Positions 1 through 8,514 of a DNA stretch of 24,000 nucleotides are shown piece by piece (the first letter of the stretch is position 1; every line of letters begins with the position of its first letter). This DNA is from Caldicellulosiruptor acetigenus (GTDB lineage: Bacteria > Bacillota > Thermoanaerobacteria > Caldicellulosiruptorales > Caldicellulosiruptoraceae). The notes under the pieces were generated by a model. That model saw nothing but the letters and a program-made list of their open reading frames with translations, searched no databases and was not told the DNA's origin. The translations under genes were made by a program, and so were the position numbers. Location of the stretch: assembly GCF_026914305.1 (NCBI RefSeq), contig NZ_CP113866.1, positions 666,183 through 690,182 of the forward strand. The letters run 5' to 3'.

Positions 1-342
1 TTAAAAGGAAGAAAGGTTAAAAAAGGGCTCAGATGTATCATATTCCCCGCAACACAGAATATATACAAACAGGCATTAAAAGAGGGGCTCATTGAGATAT
101 TTATTGACGCTGGATGTGTTGTTTCAACACCCACTTGCGGTCCATGTCTTGGCGGACACATGGGAATTTTGGCAGATGGTGAGAAGGCTCTTGCTACAAC
201 AAATAGAAACTTTGTTGGCAGGATGGGTCATCCAAATAGTGAGGTTTATCTGTCATCGCCTGCAATTGCAGCAGCATCAGCAGTTTTAGGCTACATTGGC
301 TCACCTGAAGAGCTTGGTATGAAGGGAGATGAAGAACAATGA
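1..342 (+). CDS. leuC: 3-isopropylmalate dehydratase large subunit, C-terminal part (5' end outside window)
   Basis: Frame 1 is open from nt 1. The translation ...[82 protein letters not shown]... carries the aconitase-family CGPCLG cluster-ligand motif and NRNFxGRMG. The stop overlaps the leuD start (ATGA at 339-342). Confidence 0.9.
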   Translation, partial: LKGRKVKKGLRCIIFPATQNIYKQALKEGLIEIFIDAGCVVSTPTCGPCLGGHMGILADGEKALATTNRNFVGRMGHPNSEVYLSSPAIAAASAVLGYIGSPEELGMKGDEEQ

Positions 343-839
343 TTTTCAAAGGAAAAGCTCACAAGTATTATGATAACATTGACACAGACGTTATTATTCC
401 TGCAAGATATCTTAACACATCTGACCCGGCTGAACTTGCAAAACACTGTTTGGAGGATTTAGACAAAGAGTTTGTGAACAAGGTTCAAAAAGGTGACATT
501 TTGGTTGCAGGTAAGAACTTTGGCTGTGGTTCGTCAAGAGAGCATGCGCCAATTGCAATAAAAGCATGTGGAGTATCTTGTGTTATTGCAAAGTCGTTTG
601 CAAGGATATTTTACAGAAATGCTATAAACATTGGTCTTCCAATTGTTGAGTGCGAAGAGGCAGTAGATGGAATAGAAGCTGGTGATGAGGTTGAAGTTGA
701 CCTTGTAACAGGTAGCATAAAAAATCTTACAAAGAACAAAGAGTTCAAGGCAAAGCCGTTTCCTGAGTTCATGCAAAATATCATGAAAGCAGGCGGGCTT
801 ATAGAGTTTGTAAAAGGAGAGTTGAAAAAAGATGCATAG
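339..839 (+). CDS. leuD: 3-isopropylmalate dehydratase small subunit
   Basis: 166 aa, with the swivel-domain motif [14 protein letters not shown]. It is translationally coupled to leuC (ATGA overlap) and overlaps the leuB start by 8 nt. Confidence 0.9.
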   Translation: MIFKGKAHKYYDNIDTDVIIPARYLNTSDPAELAKHCLEDLDKEFVNKVQKGDILVAGKNFGCGSSREHAPIAIKACGVSCVIAKSFARIFYRNAINIGLPIVECEEAVDGIEAGDEVEVDLVTGSIKNLTKNKEFKAKPFPEFMQNIMKAGGLIEFVKGELKKDA

Positions 840-1899
840 GATAGCTGTAATTCCTGGTGATGGAATAGGTCCTGAGGTAATCGAGCAAGCACTACTTGTT
901 CTTGACAAGGTATCTTCAAAGTTTGGAGTTAAATTTGAGTATATCTTCATTGACGCTGGCGGATGTGCAATTGACAAGTATGGTGTGCCAATTAAAGATG
1001 AAGATTTGGAACTGGTAAAAAAATGTGAGGCAACACTCTTGGGTGCTGTTGGAGGACCAAAATGGGATGGTCTCCCAGGGAATTTACGACCTGAACAGGC
1101 TCTTTTAAAACTCAGAGGGGGACTAAAAGTTTATGCAAACCTGCGACCTGCTGTGCTGTATGATGAGTTAAAAGATTCATCCCCTCTCAAAAAAGAGATT
1201 GTATCAAGAGGCATTGATATTCTGGTTGTCAGAGAGCTAATTGGTGGCATGTACTTTGGTCCAAAGGGAAGAGAAGTAAAAAATGGCGATGAAGTGGCTT
1301 ATGACACAGAGGTGTATTCAAAAAGTGAAGTTAGAAGAATTGCAAAGGTTGCGTTTGAAGCTGCCAGAAAGAGAAGGAAAAAGGTAACCTCTGTTGACAA
1401 GGCAAACATCTTGGAGTCTTCAAGGCTCTGGAGAGAAACTGTTGAAGAGGTTGCAAAAGATTATCCTGATGTTGCGCTAAATCACATGTATGTTGACAAT
1501 GCATCAATGCAGCTTGTAAAAGACCCATCGCAGTTTGATGTTATACTTACTTCCAACATGTTCGGTGACATTTTGTCTGATGAGGCATCAATGATTGTAG
1601 GGTCGATTGGGATGCTTGCCTCTGCCTCACTTGGCGACAACAAGGTGGGGCTTTACGAGCCAATTCACGGCACAGCACCGGACATTGCAGGACAAGATTT
1701 GGCAAATCCGATTGCAACAATTTTGTCTTCTGCGATGATGCTGCGTTACAGCTTTGACATGGAAGATGCTGCAAAGGCTATAGAAAATGCTGTGAAGATT
1801 GCTCTCAAAGAAGGGTATAGAACAAGAGATATCTACACAGAAAATTGCAAACTTGTTGGAACAAAGCAGATGGGAAAAATTATTTGTGAAAATATCTAA
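832..1899 (+). CDS. leuB: 3-isopropylmalate dehydrogenase
   Basis: 355 aa. N-terminal [13 protein letters not shown] and the isocitrate/isopropylmalate dehydrogenase signature [21 protein letters not shown]. Sits in leuC-leuD-leuB gene order. Confidence 0.92.
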   Translation: MHRIAVIPGDGIGPEVIEQALLVLDKVSSKFGVKFEYIFIDAGGCAIDKYGVPIKDEDLELVKKCEATLLGAVGGPKWDGLPGNLRPEQALLKLRGGLKVYANLRPAVLYDELKDSSPLKKEIVSRGIDILVVRELIGGMYFGPKGREVKNGDEVAYDTEVYSKSEVRRIAKVAFEAARKRRKKVTSVDKANILESSRLWRETVEEVAKDYPDVALNHMYVDNASMQLVKDPSQFDVILTSNMFGDILSDEASMIVGSIGMLASASLGDNKVGLYEPIHGTAPDIAGQDLANPIATILSSAMMLRYSFDMEDAAKAIENAVKIALKEGYRTRDIYTENCKLVGTKQMGKIICENI

Positions 1900-1900
1900 A

Positions 1901-1929
1901 AGCTGCAGAGAATTTTCTGCAGCTTTTTT
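1901..1929 (+). terminator. Rho-independent terminator after leuB
   Basis: A 9-bp perfect stem, AGCTGCAGA (1901-1909) with TCTGCAGCT (1916-1924), has a 6-nt loop and runs into TTTTTT. It starts 2 nt after the leuB stop. Confidence 0.85.
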
Positions 1930-2011
1930 GTGTTTATAATCTCTCTTAAATAAGGTAAAATATTAACATAACACATTTTTAAATAAACCATACACTGGAG
2001 GGGTTTTTGAA

Positions 2012-3142
2012 ATGAAGTACAGACCCTTTGGGAAAACAGGCTTTATGGTATCTGCTCTTGGATTTGGTGCAATGAGGTTACCAATCTTGGATGGTGACTA
2101 TTCGAAGATTGATGAAGAAAAAGCAACCCAAATGCTGCATTTTGCAATCGACAATGGAATCAATTACATTGACACAGCGTATGTGTACCATGGTGGCAAC
2201 AGCGAGGTTGTTGTTGGTAAAGCTTTGAAAGGGGGATATAGAGAAAAGGTTAAGATTGCAACAAAACTTCCTGTTTGGCAGGTAAATAATTTTGATGATG
2301 CTGACAGAATTTTGGATGAGCAGCTAAAAAGACTTGATACAAGCTATATTGACTTTTATCTTTTGCATGCTCTCAACAAAGACCACTGGAAGAAGCTAAA
2401 AGGGATGAACATCTTCAAGTGGATTGAAAAGGTGCTTCTTGAGGGTAAAATAAAATATATTGGGTTTTCGTTCCATGACGATGTAGGTACATTCAAAGAG
2501 ATTGTTGACAGCTACCCCTGGACGTTCTGCCAGATACAGTACAACATCCTCAACCGAAACTATCAGGCAGGAGAAGAGGGTCTCAAATATGCAGCTGCAA
2601 AAGGATTGGCAGTTGTCATTATGGAACCGCTTTTGGGTGGAAGGCTTGCAAAAGAGCCGCCTCAAGAGATAAGACAGCTTTGGGAGAAGGCAACGGTTAA
2701 AAGAACACCTGTTGAGTGGGCACTTTCGTGGCTCTGGAACCAAAAAGAGGTATCAGTTGTGCTAAGCGGTATGAGCACTCTTGATCAGGTAAAAGAAAAT
2801 ATTGAATATGCAAGCAAATATGAAGTGGGAAGTTTAACTGATGAGGAACTTGAGCTTATTGAAAAGGTTGCGCAAAAGTATAATGAACTGAGAAAAGTCA
2901 ACTGTACAGAGTGCAAATACTGTATGCCATGTCCACAGGGTGTTAATATCCCATGGAATTTTAGCATTTACAATCAGGCAAGCATGTATAACATGTATCA
3001 GGAGATGAAAAATGATTATGCAAAGAAAGAAAAAGAAAGAGCAGAAAATTGTGTTGAGTGTGGTGTTTGCGAGACAAAATGTCCACAGAACCTTCCAATA
3101 AGAGAGATCCTAAAAGAGGTTCACGCATATTTTTCAAAATAA
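2012..3142 (+). CDS. Aldo/keto reductase with C-terminal Fe-S cluster domain
   Basis: 376 aa. The N-terminal two-thirds has AKR-type sequence (GFGAMRLP, NYIDTAYVYHGGNSE, IDFYLLHAL). The C-terminus has two Cys clusters, CTECKYCMPCP and CVECGVCETKCP. RBS GGAGGGG lies upstream of the ATG. Confidence 0.8.
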   Translation: MKYRPFGKTGFMVSALGFGAMRLPILDGDYSKIDEEKATQMLHFAIDNGINYIDTAYVYHGGNSEVVVGKALKGGYREKVKIATKLPVWQVNNFDDADRILDEQLKRLDTSYIDFYLLHALNKDHWKKLKGMNIFKWIEKVLLEGKIKYIGFSFHDDVGTFKEIVDSYPWTFCQIQYNILNRNYQAGEEGLKYAAAKGLAVVIMEPLLGGRLAKEPPQEIRQLWEKATVKRTPVEWALSWLWNQKEVSVVLSGMSTLDQVKENIEYASKYEVGSLTDEELELIEKVAQKYNELRKVNCTECKYCMPCPQGVNIPWNFSIYNQASMYNMYQEMKNDYAKKEKERAENCVECGVCETKCPQNLPIREILKEVHAYFSK

Positions 3143-3152
3143 AAATAGGTTA

Positions 3153-3182
3153 TTTACTTTAAAGTGCATTTTATGATAAAAT
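3153..3182 (+). promoter_or_regulatory. Putative sigma-A promoter of the rpsF-ssb-rpsR operon
   Basis: TTTACT/TTACTT (-35, 3153-3159) is followed 17-18 nt later by an extended -10, TGaTAAAAT (3174-3182). Confidence 0.4.
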
Positions 3183-3194
3183 ACTGCATGTTGT

Positions 3195-3242
3195 GGGAAG
3201 ATAAAAATTCTTTCTTCCCTTGCTCCCAAAAGGTGATTTGGG
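3195..3242 (+). promoter_or_regulatory. Structured 5' leader of rpsF (two hairpins)
   Basis: Hairpin 1 is GGGAAGA (3195-3201) with TCTTCCC (3213-3219). Hairpin 2 is CCCAAA (3225-3230) with TTTGGG (3237-3242). Both lie just upstream of the rpsF RBS. Confidence 0.3.
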
Positions 3243-3272
3243 GGCCATATGTCTATAAGGGAGGTGAAAGCT

Positions 3273-3563
3273 GTGGTTGAGAGAAAGTATGAAACAGTAT
3301 TTATTATAAGCCCCACACTTGACGATGAGGCAAGAAATAGCCTTATCGAAAAGTTCAAAAACCTTATCTCAAGCAATGGCCAGCTTCTTACAGTTGAAGA
3401 GTGGGGGAAAAGAAGGCTTGCATACAAGATAGACAAGCACGCAGAAGGTTATTATGTGCTGATGCAATTTATAAGCAAGCCTGAGTTCCCACGCGAGCTT
3501 GAGAGGGTTTACAGAATTACAGACGGGGTTATTAGGTTCTTGATTGTAAAGCTTGAAAAATAA
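3273..3563 (+). CDS. rpsF: 30S ribosomal protein S6
   Basis: The translation ...ERKYETVFIISPTLDDEARNSLIEKFKNLISSNGQLLTVEEWGKRRLAYKIDKHAEGYYVLMQF... is typical of S6. The longest ORF starts at ATG 3249, but GTG 3273 sits 5 nt after a strong AAGGGAGGTG RBS (3258-3267) and gives the usual ~96 aa length. Confidence 0.88.
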   Translation: MVERKYETVFIISPTLDDEARNSLIEKFKNLISSNGQLLTVEEWGKRRLAYKIDKHAEGYYVLMQFISKPEFPRELERVYRITDGVIRFLIVKLEK

Positions 3564-3578
3564 GAGGGGGCGGCTTTT

Positions 3579-4067
3579 TTGAATAAGGTTATTTTAATGG
3601 GTCGCCTCACGCGCGACCCAGAGTTTAGGCTTACTGCCAACAATACCCCCGTTGCAAACTTCACGCTTGCTGTCAACAGACGTTTTAAACGCGAAAATGA
3701 CCAGGATGCCGATTTTATTCCCATTGTTGCGTGGAGCAGGCTTGCCGAGTTCTCAAAAAACTATCTAAAAAAAGGAAGGCAAGTTGTGGTAATAGGAAGG
3801 CTTCAGCTTCGCACGTGGGATGATGAGGCAAATAGGCGTCACTACATCACCGAGGTTGTGGCGGAAGAGATTTACTTTGCAGAACCAAAACCTAAGGATG
3901 TGCCGGTTGACAGCGAAGCAGAGGTAAAAGAAGACATTATTTTGCCTGACTTAGATGAAGAGACAATTGATGATAGTGAACTTGAAAAGTTTTTTGAAGA
4001 GGATGTAAAAATTCCATCAAAAAACAATGATGTTGATGAGGGTATAGAAGACGACCTGCCATTTTAG
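3579..4067 (+). CDS. ssb: Single-stranded DNA-binding protein
   Basis: 162 aa with a TTG start. It has an OB-fold N-terminus (MNKVILMGRLTRDPEFRLTANNTPVANFTLAVNR), a long acidic linker and the canonical C-terminal tip DDLPF. It lies between rpsF and rpsR as in many Firmicutes. Confidence 0.92.
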   Translation: MNKVILMGRLTRDPEFRLTANNTPVANFTLAVNRRFKRENDQDADFIPIVAWSRLAEFSKNYLKKGRQVVVIGRLQLRTWDDEANRRHYITEVVAEEIYFAEPKPKDVPVDSEAEVKEDIILPDLDEETIDDSELEKFFEEDVKIPSKNNDVDEGIEDDLPF

Positions 4068-4103
4068 ATAAAGTGGAAATTTAAGAAAAAGGAGGGAAAA
4101 GGT

Positions 4104-4382
4104 TTGAACAACAATCAAAATCAGCAGCAAGCTCAAGCTACTCAAACAGTGGAAAGAGTTAGCTCGAGACAGAAAAAGAAAAAGAGAGTTTGTTCATTCT
4201 GTGTTGAGAGAATATATGAGATAGATTACAAGGATGTGAACAGGCTCAAGAAATTCCTCACAGAAAGAGGCAAAATAATGCCAAGAAGAACAACTGGCAA
4301 CTGCGCAAGACATCAAAGACAGCTAACACGAGCTATCAAGCGCGCAAGAATCTTGGCGCTCTTGCCGTTTATAGTTGAATAA
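4104..4382 (+). CDS. rpsR: 30S ribosomal protein S18 (with N/Q-rich N-terminal extension)
   Basis: The core [60 protein letters not shown] is typical S18. The TTG start at 4104 lies 7 nt after AGGAGGG. Confidence 0.9.
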   Translation: MNNNQNQQQAQATQTVERVSSRQKKKKRVCSFCVERIYEIDYKDVNRLKKFLTERGKIMPRRTTGNCARHQRQLTRAIKRARILALLPFIVE

Positions 4383-4418
4383 GATCCTTTTATAAAATGG
4401 CTCTTTGTCAAGAGTTGG

Positions 4419-4452
4419 GGTGGGTGTTCTGAATGCCCACCTTTCAATTTTA
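4419..4452 (+). terminator. Probable terminator after rpsR
   Basis: GGTGGG (4419-4424) pairs with CCCACC (4436-4441) around an 11-nt loop and is followed by TTTCAATTTTATT. The stem is short and the T-tract is interrupted. Confidence 0.5.
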
Positions 4453-4571
4453 TTGAGTATGTATTTAATTACAACAATAGCAATTATAACTATTTGATTA
4501 CAAAAATTCATCAACACCTTCTATCCCCTATTAAAAAGGGGAACTCTTAAATATTTGCTTCTCCAATATTC

Positions 4572-4940
4572 TTAATGTGTACAACTATACAGTATCCTCT
4601 TCCTAAACCTCTCGAAATTCCTAAATCCATATGCTTTCCTCTTTAATACCTTTATCTTGTTGTTAAATCCTTCTGTCAAACTATTTGTATATGGTACCTC
4701 AAATGATTCCACTATTTCTGAAAACCAATTCCTAAATACCTGCACACACCTTTGGAATTCTTCTACATTACTTGATTCTGCCATCTCTATCCATTTCTTG
4801 AGCTTCTCTTTTGCTTCATCAGATGTCTTACTTTCTAATACTTTGTTAAATTCCTCTTTCAACCTGTGAGCTATCCTTAATTCCGGTGCATATAAAAACA
4901 TTACTTCCAATTCTTCTCTCTGCTGAGCTTTAAGTTTCTC
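4572..4940 (-). pseudogene. ISL3-family transposase, C-terminal fragment only
   Basis: The minus-strand translation is EKLKAQQREELEVMFLYAPELRIAHRLKEEF...SFEVPYTNSLTEGFNNKIKVLKRKAYGFRNFERFRKRILYSC. The TN(S/G)xxEGxNNKIKxxKRxxYGFRNFxxFRxRIL block is the hallmark ISL3 C-terminus. The reading frame runs open up to nt 4940, where the left end of the IS256-family element begins, so the N-terminal ~3/4 is missing. Confidence 0.8.
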
Positions 4941-6250
4941 GGGAGTTAAAATAAAATTGTGTCCACTGTATAATTAGCATTGAAATAATCAACAAAGGGG
5001 GTTCACGATTATGGAGAAAAAAGAAATTTTTGAGACTGCTAAAAATATGGCTATAGAACAAGTGTTAAATATGTATTGTTCCAAGGACGACCCCACTCGT
5101 CCAGCTCTAAAACAACTTTTAGAAAACTTACTTTAATGCATCATGCTCTCAGAAAGATCAGTTTATCTTGCAAAAAACCAAAATGACAAAGGCAATGGCT
5201 TTTATGAGAGAAAACTTGCAACTTCTGTTGGCAACCTTGAGCTCTCCGTTCCTCGCACACGCTCAGCTTCTTTTAGACCTTCCATCCTCCCTGAGCCATA
5301 CAAAAGAGTCGACAGCTCTTATACCAACCTCCTTATGTTCTTGGTTGCCAACGGCTATTCTGAAAGTTCTTTAATCCAAACTCTTAAAAGCATGAATTTG
5401 CCTTATTCTGAAGAGGAAATTACAAAAATCAAAAACGACCTCAAAAATGAACTTCAACTCTTTAAAGAAAAAGAACTTCGATGGCTGTGCTCTTGCCCTC
5501 ATTATTGACGGCTATCACTGCGAAATTAAAGATAACTCCAAAGTTAAACAAGCTACCTGTTATATTGTACTTGGCATTGATTTAGAGGGCAAAAAAGACA
5601 TCTTTGAGCTCTACACTTTCTTCGGCAAAGAAAACAAAGCCGATTGGATGAAAGTGTTCGATGATTTAATTACAAGAGGACTCAAAAAAGTCTTAATAGT
5701 TGTAAGCGATGATTTCCCTGGAATCATTGACGCTGTTAAACTCGCTTACCCCTATGCTGATCATCAGCTGTGTTTTGTTCACCTTCAGCGTAACGTCAAA
5801 AAGCATATGGCAAAAGAGGATGCATCTGGATTTAACAAAGAATTAGATAAAATAAGAGTTTCCTCTTCTGATTTTGACGAAGCTGTTTCAAAGTTCAAAC
5901 TCCTTTGTAATCAGTATTCCTCAAAATATCCCCGTTTTATAAAGGGAATTTATGAAAAAGCGGAGTTTTATCTTGCACATATGAAGTATCCAGAAGATTT
6001 AAGAAAGCATATCTATACTACCAATGCAGTAGAAAGTGTTAACAGTATAATTGAAAAAATAAGAATAAACTCAGGGGGTTATTTTCAGTCTGTAGAAGTT
6101 TTAGAAATAAACATCTATTTACAAAGAGAAAACTTGCGTCGGGGCAAGTGGAAAAACGGAGTACCTATTCTTAAAAATGTAGTTACAATATATTGCAGCT
6201 TTACAATAGGGTCTGTAAATAATTTTGTGTATTTAAATTAAACCAACCTT
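4941..6250 (+). mobile_element. IS256-family insertion sequence, copy 1 (decayed)
   Basis: The left end (C)GGGAGTTAAAATAAAATTGTGTCCACTGTATAATTAG is identical to nt 7101-7138. The length is ~1.3 kb, as expected for IS256-family elements. The right boundary is uncertain (+/- 30 nt) because the last ~70 nt are rearranged relative to copy 2. Confidence 0.65.
5011..6241 (+). pseudogene. IS256-family (mutator-type) transposase, copy 1, disrupted
   Basis: ATG 5011 gives MEKKEIFETAKNMAIEQVLNMYCSKDDPTRPALKQLLENLL, followed by an in-frame TAA at 5134-5136. The same frame resumes (CIMLSERSVYLAKNQNDKGNGFYERKLATSVGNLELSVPRTRSASFRPSILPEPYKR...), and a +1 shift near 5470-5480 leads into the 264-aa ORF. That ORF carries the DDE-domain region (ALIIDGYHCEIKD...LIVVSDDFPGIIDAVKLAYPYADHQLCFVHLQRN...YTTNAVESVNSIIEK). 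Confidence 0.85.
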
Positions 6251-6391
6251 CTTGGTAAGAAATCATTCAAGGATAAGCTTGTCTACCTTCTATTTTTTAG
6301 TATTACCATTTTAAAAATTTTTATGCATAAATTTTTAAAATCCTGGACAAAATTTAATACTGGGTTATAATACTCTGTTTTTTATTTGTTG

Positions 6392-6423
6392 TTTTAAACT
6401 GCTTCCATGGAAGCAGTTTAAAA
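6392..6423. repeat. Perfect 32-nt palindrome
   Basis: TTTTAAACTGCTTCCATGGAAGCAGTTTAAAA is its own reverse complement. It lies 20 nt beyond the stop (6444-6446, minus strand) of the second IS256-family transposase relic. Confidence 0.9.
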
Positions 6424-6443
6424 TGCGAACTGGTAATCGCTAT

Positions 6444-7101
6444 CTACTTTATATACTCTCTCAAACGCTCAGGATACATTATCAAAAGCTGATTTAATAT
6501 TATATCCCAATTTCTGTACCTCTGTGTCCACTTTCTTACAACATTTTTTGTTGCAAGATAAAGCATCTTCTCTAATGCTATATCATTTGGAAACACTGAT
6601 TTTGTCTTTGTCACTTTCCTAAACTGTCTGTGAATTCCTTCTATGATGTTTGTGGTATAAATTATCTTCCTTATTCTGCGGGGGAAACTTAAAAAACGAT
6701 GTTAGTAGCTCCCAGTTGTTTTCCCAGCTTCTGAACGCATAAGGATACTGTTTCCCACACTTTTCTCTTACCTGATAAAAATTCTCCAGCGCTTCTTCTT
6801 CATTAGTTGCCTGATACACTTTCTTAAAATCCTTTGAAAATTCTTTTATATGCTTGTATGAAACATACTTGAATTAATTTCTTAGTTGATGAATAATACA
6901 CCTTTGAACATCGCTTTTAGGGAACACTGCTTCTATTGCTTCCTTTAAACCTGTCAAGCCGTCAACACAAAACAGTAGTACCTCTTCTACTCCTCTTGTT
7001 TTTAAGTCATTTAAAACACCCAACCAAAACTTGGAGCTTTCACTCTCTCCAATCCATATCCCTAAAACATCCTTATATCCTTCAATGTTAATACCTAAAA
7101 C
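6444..7101 (-). pseudogene. Second, distinct IS256-family transposase: C-terminal half only, with nonsense and frameshift lesions
   Basis: The minus-strand translation is VLGINIEGYKDVLGIWIGESESSKFWLGVLNDLKTRGVEEVLLFCVDGLTGLKEAIEAVFPKSDVQRCIIHQLRN, then a stop (TAA at 6874-6876), then FKYVSYKHIKEFSKDFKKVYQATNEEEALENFYQVREKCGKQYPYAFRSWENNWELLTSFFKFP. After a 1-nt shift at the G5/C5 run (6680-6684) it continues RIRKIIYTTNIIEGIHRQFRKVTKTKSVFPNDIALEKMLYLATKNVVRKWTQRYRNWDIILNQLLIMYPERLREYIK. The N-terminal half is cut off exactly at the left end of IS copy 2. Confidence 0.85.
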
Positions 7102-8415
7102 GGGAGTTAAAATAAAATTGTGTCCACTGTATAATTAGTATTGAAATAATCATCAAAGGGGGTCACTGAGAATGAATAAAAACGAAATTTACGAAACTGC
7201 TAAAAACATGGCTGTAGAGCAAGTATTAAATATGTATTGCTCCAAAGATGACCCTAACCGCACAGCTCTAAAGCAACTGAAAGTAAAACTTGCTCGATTG
7301 CTTTATGTTATCGGAAAGATCAGTGTACCTTGCTAAAAATGACAATGACAAAGGCAATGGTTTTTATTGAAGTAAAACTTGCAACACCTGCCTAACGTCT
7401 CGAAATCTCTGTCCCTCGCACACGTACTGGTAATTTCCGACCTTCTATCCTCCCTGACCGCTACAAAAGAGTTGATAGTTCGTACACCGACCTTCTTATG
7501 TCGCAAGTATGTCAATGGTTATTCTTGAGCATTCCCTTGTTCAAACTTTGAAAAACTTAAATCTTCCTTATTCCGAAAACGAAATCCTAAAAATCAAAGA
7601 AGACCTCAAAAATGAACTTCAATTATTCAAACAAAGAGAATTGCCTACAAGTGCTTTTGCTCTTATCATCGACGGTTATTCAGAAGTGAAGTTAAGGACA
7701 ATTCTAAAGTTAAACAAGCTACTTGCTATGCCAGCCTTGGTATCGACTTAGAAGGTAAAAAAGACATTTTCGGTGTCTACACTTTCTTCGGCAAAGAAAA
7801 CAAGGCTGATTGGATGAAAGTTTTTGACGACTTAATTATAAGAGGTCTTAAAGAAGTTTTAATTGTTATAAGCGATGACTTTCCTGGTATTATAGATGCT
7901 GTCAAACTTTCTTACCCTCTTGCTGACCTTTAGCTTGCTTTTGTCCACCTCCAACGTAATGTCAGAAAACATATGACAAAAGATGATGCTTCAGCTTTTA
8001 ACAAGAGTTTGGACAAAATCAAAATCTCTTCTTCTGATTTTGATGAAGCTGTATTGAAATTTAAAGAACTTTGTGATGAATACTTTGCAAAATATCCTCG
8101 ATTTATTAAAGCAATATCAGAAAAAGCAGAGTTTTATCTTGCCCATATGAAATACCCCGAGGAATTAAGAAAGCATATTCTTATCACAAACGCCGTTGAA
8201 AGTGTAAACAGCATGATTGAAAAGATTAGAGTAAATTCAGGTGGATACTTTCAGTCTGTTGAAGTCTTAGAAATTAATATTTACTTACAGCGAGAGAACT
8301 TACGCCGTACAAAATGGAAAAATGGAGTTCCCAGTATTAGAAAATGCATTGATAACATAACCCAACTTTACAACTTACGTTATAAATTGGAAATACAAAA
8401 TTCTTGACAAGTCTC
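7102..8415 (+). mobile_element. IS256-family insertion sequence, copy 2 (heavily decayed)
   Basis: It has the same left end as copy 1. The reverse complement of the right end (GAGACTTGTCAAGAATTTTGTATTTCCAATTTATAA) aligns imperfectly with the left end (GGGAGTTAAAATAAAATTGTGTCCACTGTATAA), which gives a ~1.31-kb element. Confidence 0.65.
7172..8407 (+). pseudogene. IS256-family transposase, copy 2, multiple frameshifts and stops
   Basis: It is homologous to copy 1 throughout, at roughly 80% nt identity by eye. Lesions include frameshifts near 7300, 7370-7500 and 7690 and an in-frame TAG at 7931-7933 (copy 1 reads HQ there). The longest intact pieces are 80 aa and 144 aa. Confidence 0.85.
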
Positions 8416-8444
8416 TTTTTTACAAAGTACAACTTGCCTCATTA

Positions 8445-8474
8445 TTGAAAAGAGTAAAGACAAGATGGTAAAAT
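8445..8474 (+). promoter_or_regulatory. Putative promoter of the LacI-family regulator gene
   Basis: TTGAAA (8445-8450), an 18-nt spacer, then an extended -10 TGgTAAAAT (8466-8474). It lies 40 nt upstream of the GTG start. Confidence 0.45.
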
Positions 8475-8514
8475 AAACAATAAAGAATATGGCCGAAAAT
8501 TCAGTACGAGAGGG

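Noticed and set aside
92-289. 65-aa + strand ORF in an alternative frame inside leuC
   Set aside because: It is off-frame within the clearly LeuC-coding frame 1, with no independent support.
534-977. 147-aa and 102-aa minus-strand ORFs (534-977, 611-919) overlapping leuD/leuB
   Set aside because: They lie entirely antisense to two well-supported genes. The sequence is low-complexity with no recognisable family, and there is no RBS. These are shadow ORFs.
1935-1961. Promoter for the aldo/keto reductase (TATAAT at 1935-1940; TAAAAT at 1956-1961)
   Set aside because: The -10-like hexamers are present, but neither has a convincing -35 at 16-18 nt. This is too weak to call in AT-rich DNA.
2396-2967. 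Minus-strand ORFs (2396-2743, 2785-2967) inside the aldo/keto reductase gene
   Set aside because: They are antisense shadows of a gene with strong family motifs, with no RBS or motifs of their own.
3134-3724. Minus-strand ORFs 3134-3436 and 3509-3724 across rpsF and ssb
   Set aside because: They are antisense to highly conserved ribosomal and SSB genes, and their composition is typical of shadow ORFs.
4323-4517. 64-aa minus-strand ORF spanning the rpsR 3' end and its terminator
   Set aside because: It overlaps rpsR and the terminator hairpin, and has no RBS or recognisable domain.
4657-4869. 70-aa + strand ORF inside the ISL3 relic
   Set aside because: It is antisense to the frame that carries the diagnostic ISL3 C-terminal motif.
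5447-5508. Idea that the frame switch in IS copy 1 is a programmed ribosomal frameshift
   Set aside because: The same gene also carries an in-frame TAA at 5134. Copy 2 reads straight through the corresponding point in a single frame (FKQRELPTSAFALIIDGY). IS256-family transposases are normally single ORFs, so a 1-nt indel is the simpler explanation.
4941-7165. The repeated ~62-nt sequence at 4941 and 7102 as a possible CRISPR-like or other short-repeat system
   Set aside because: There are only two copies, 2.16 kb apart. Each is followed by homologous transposase coding sequence, so they are IS termini. No regularly spaced short repeats exist anywhere in the window.
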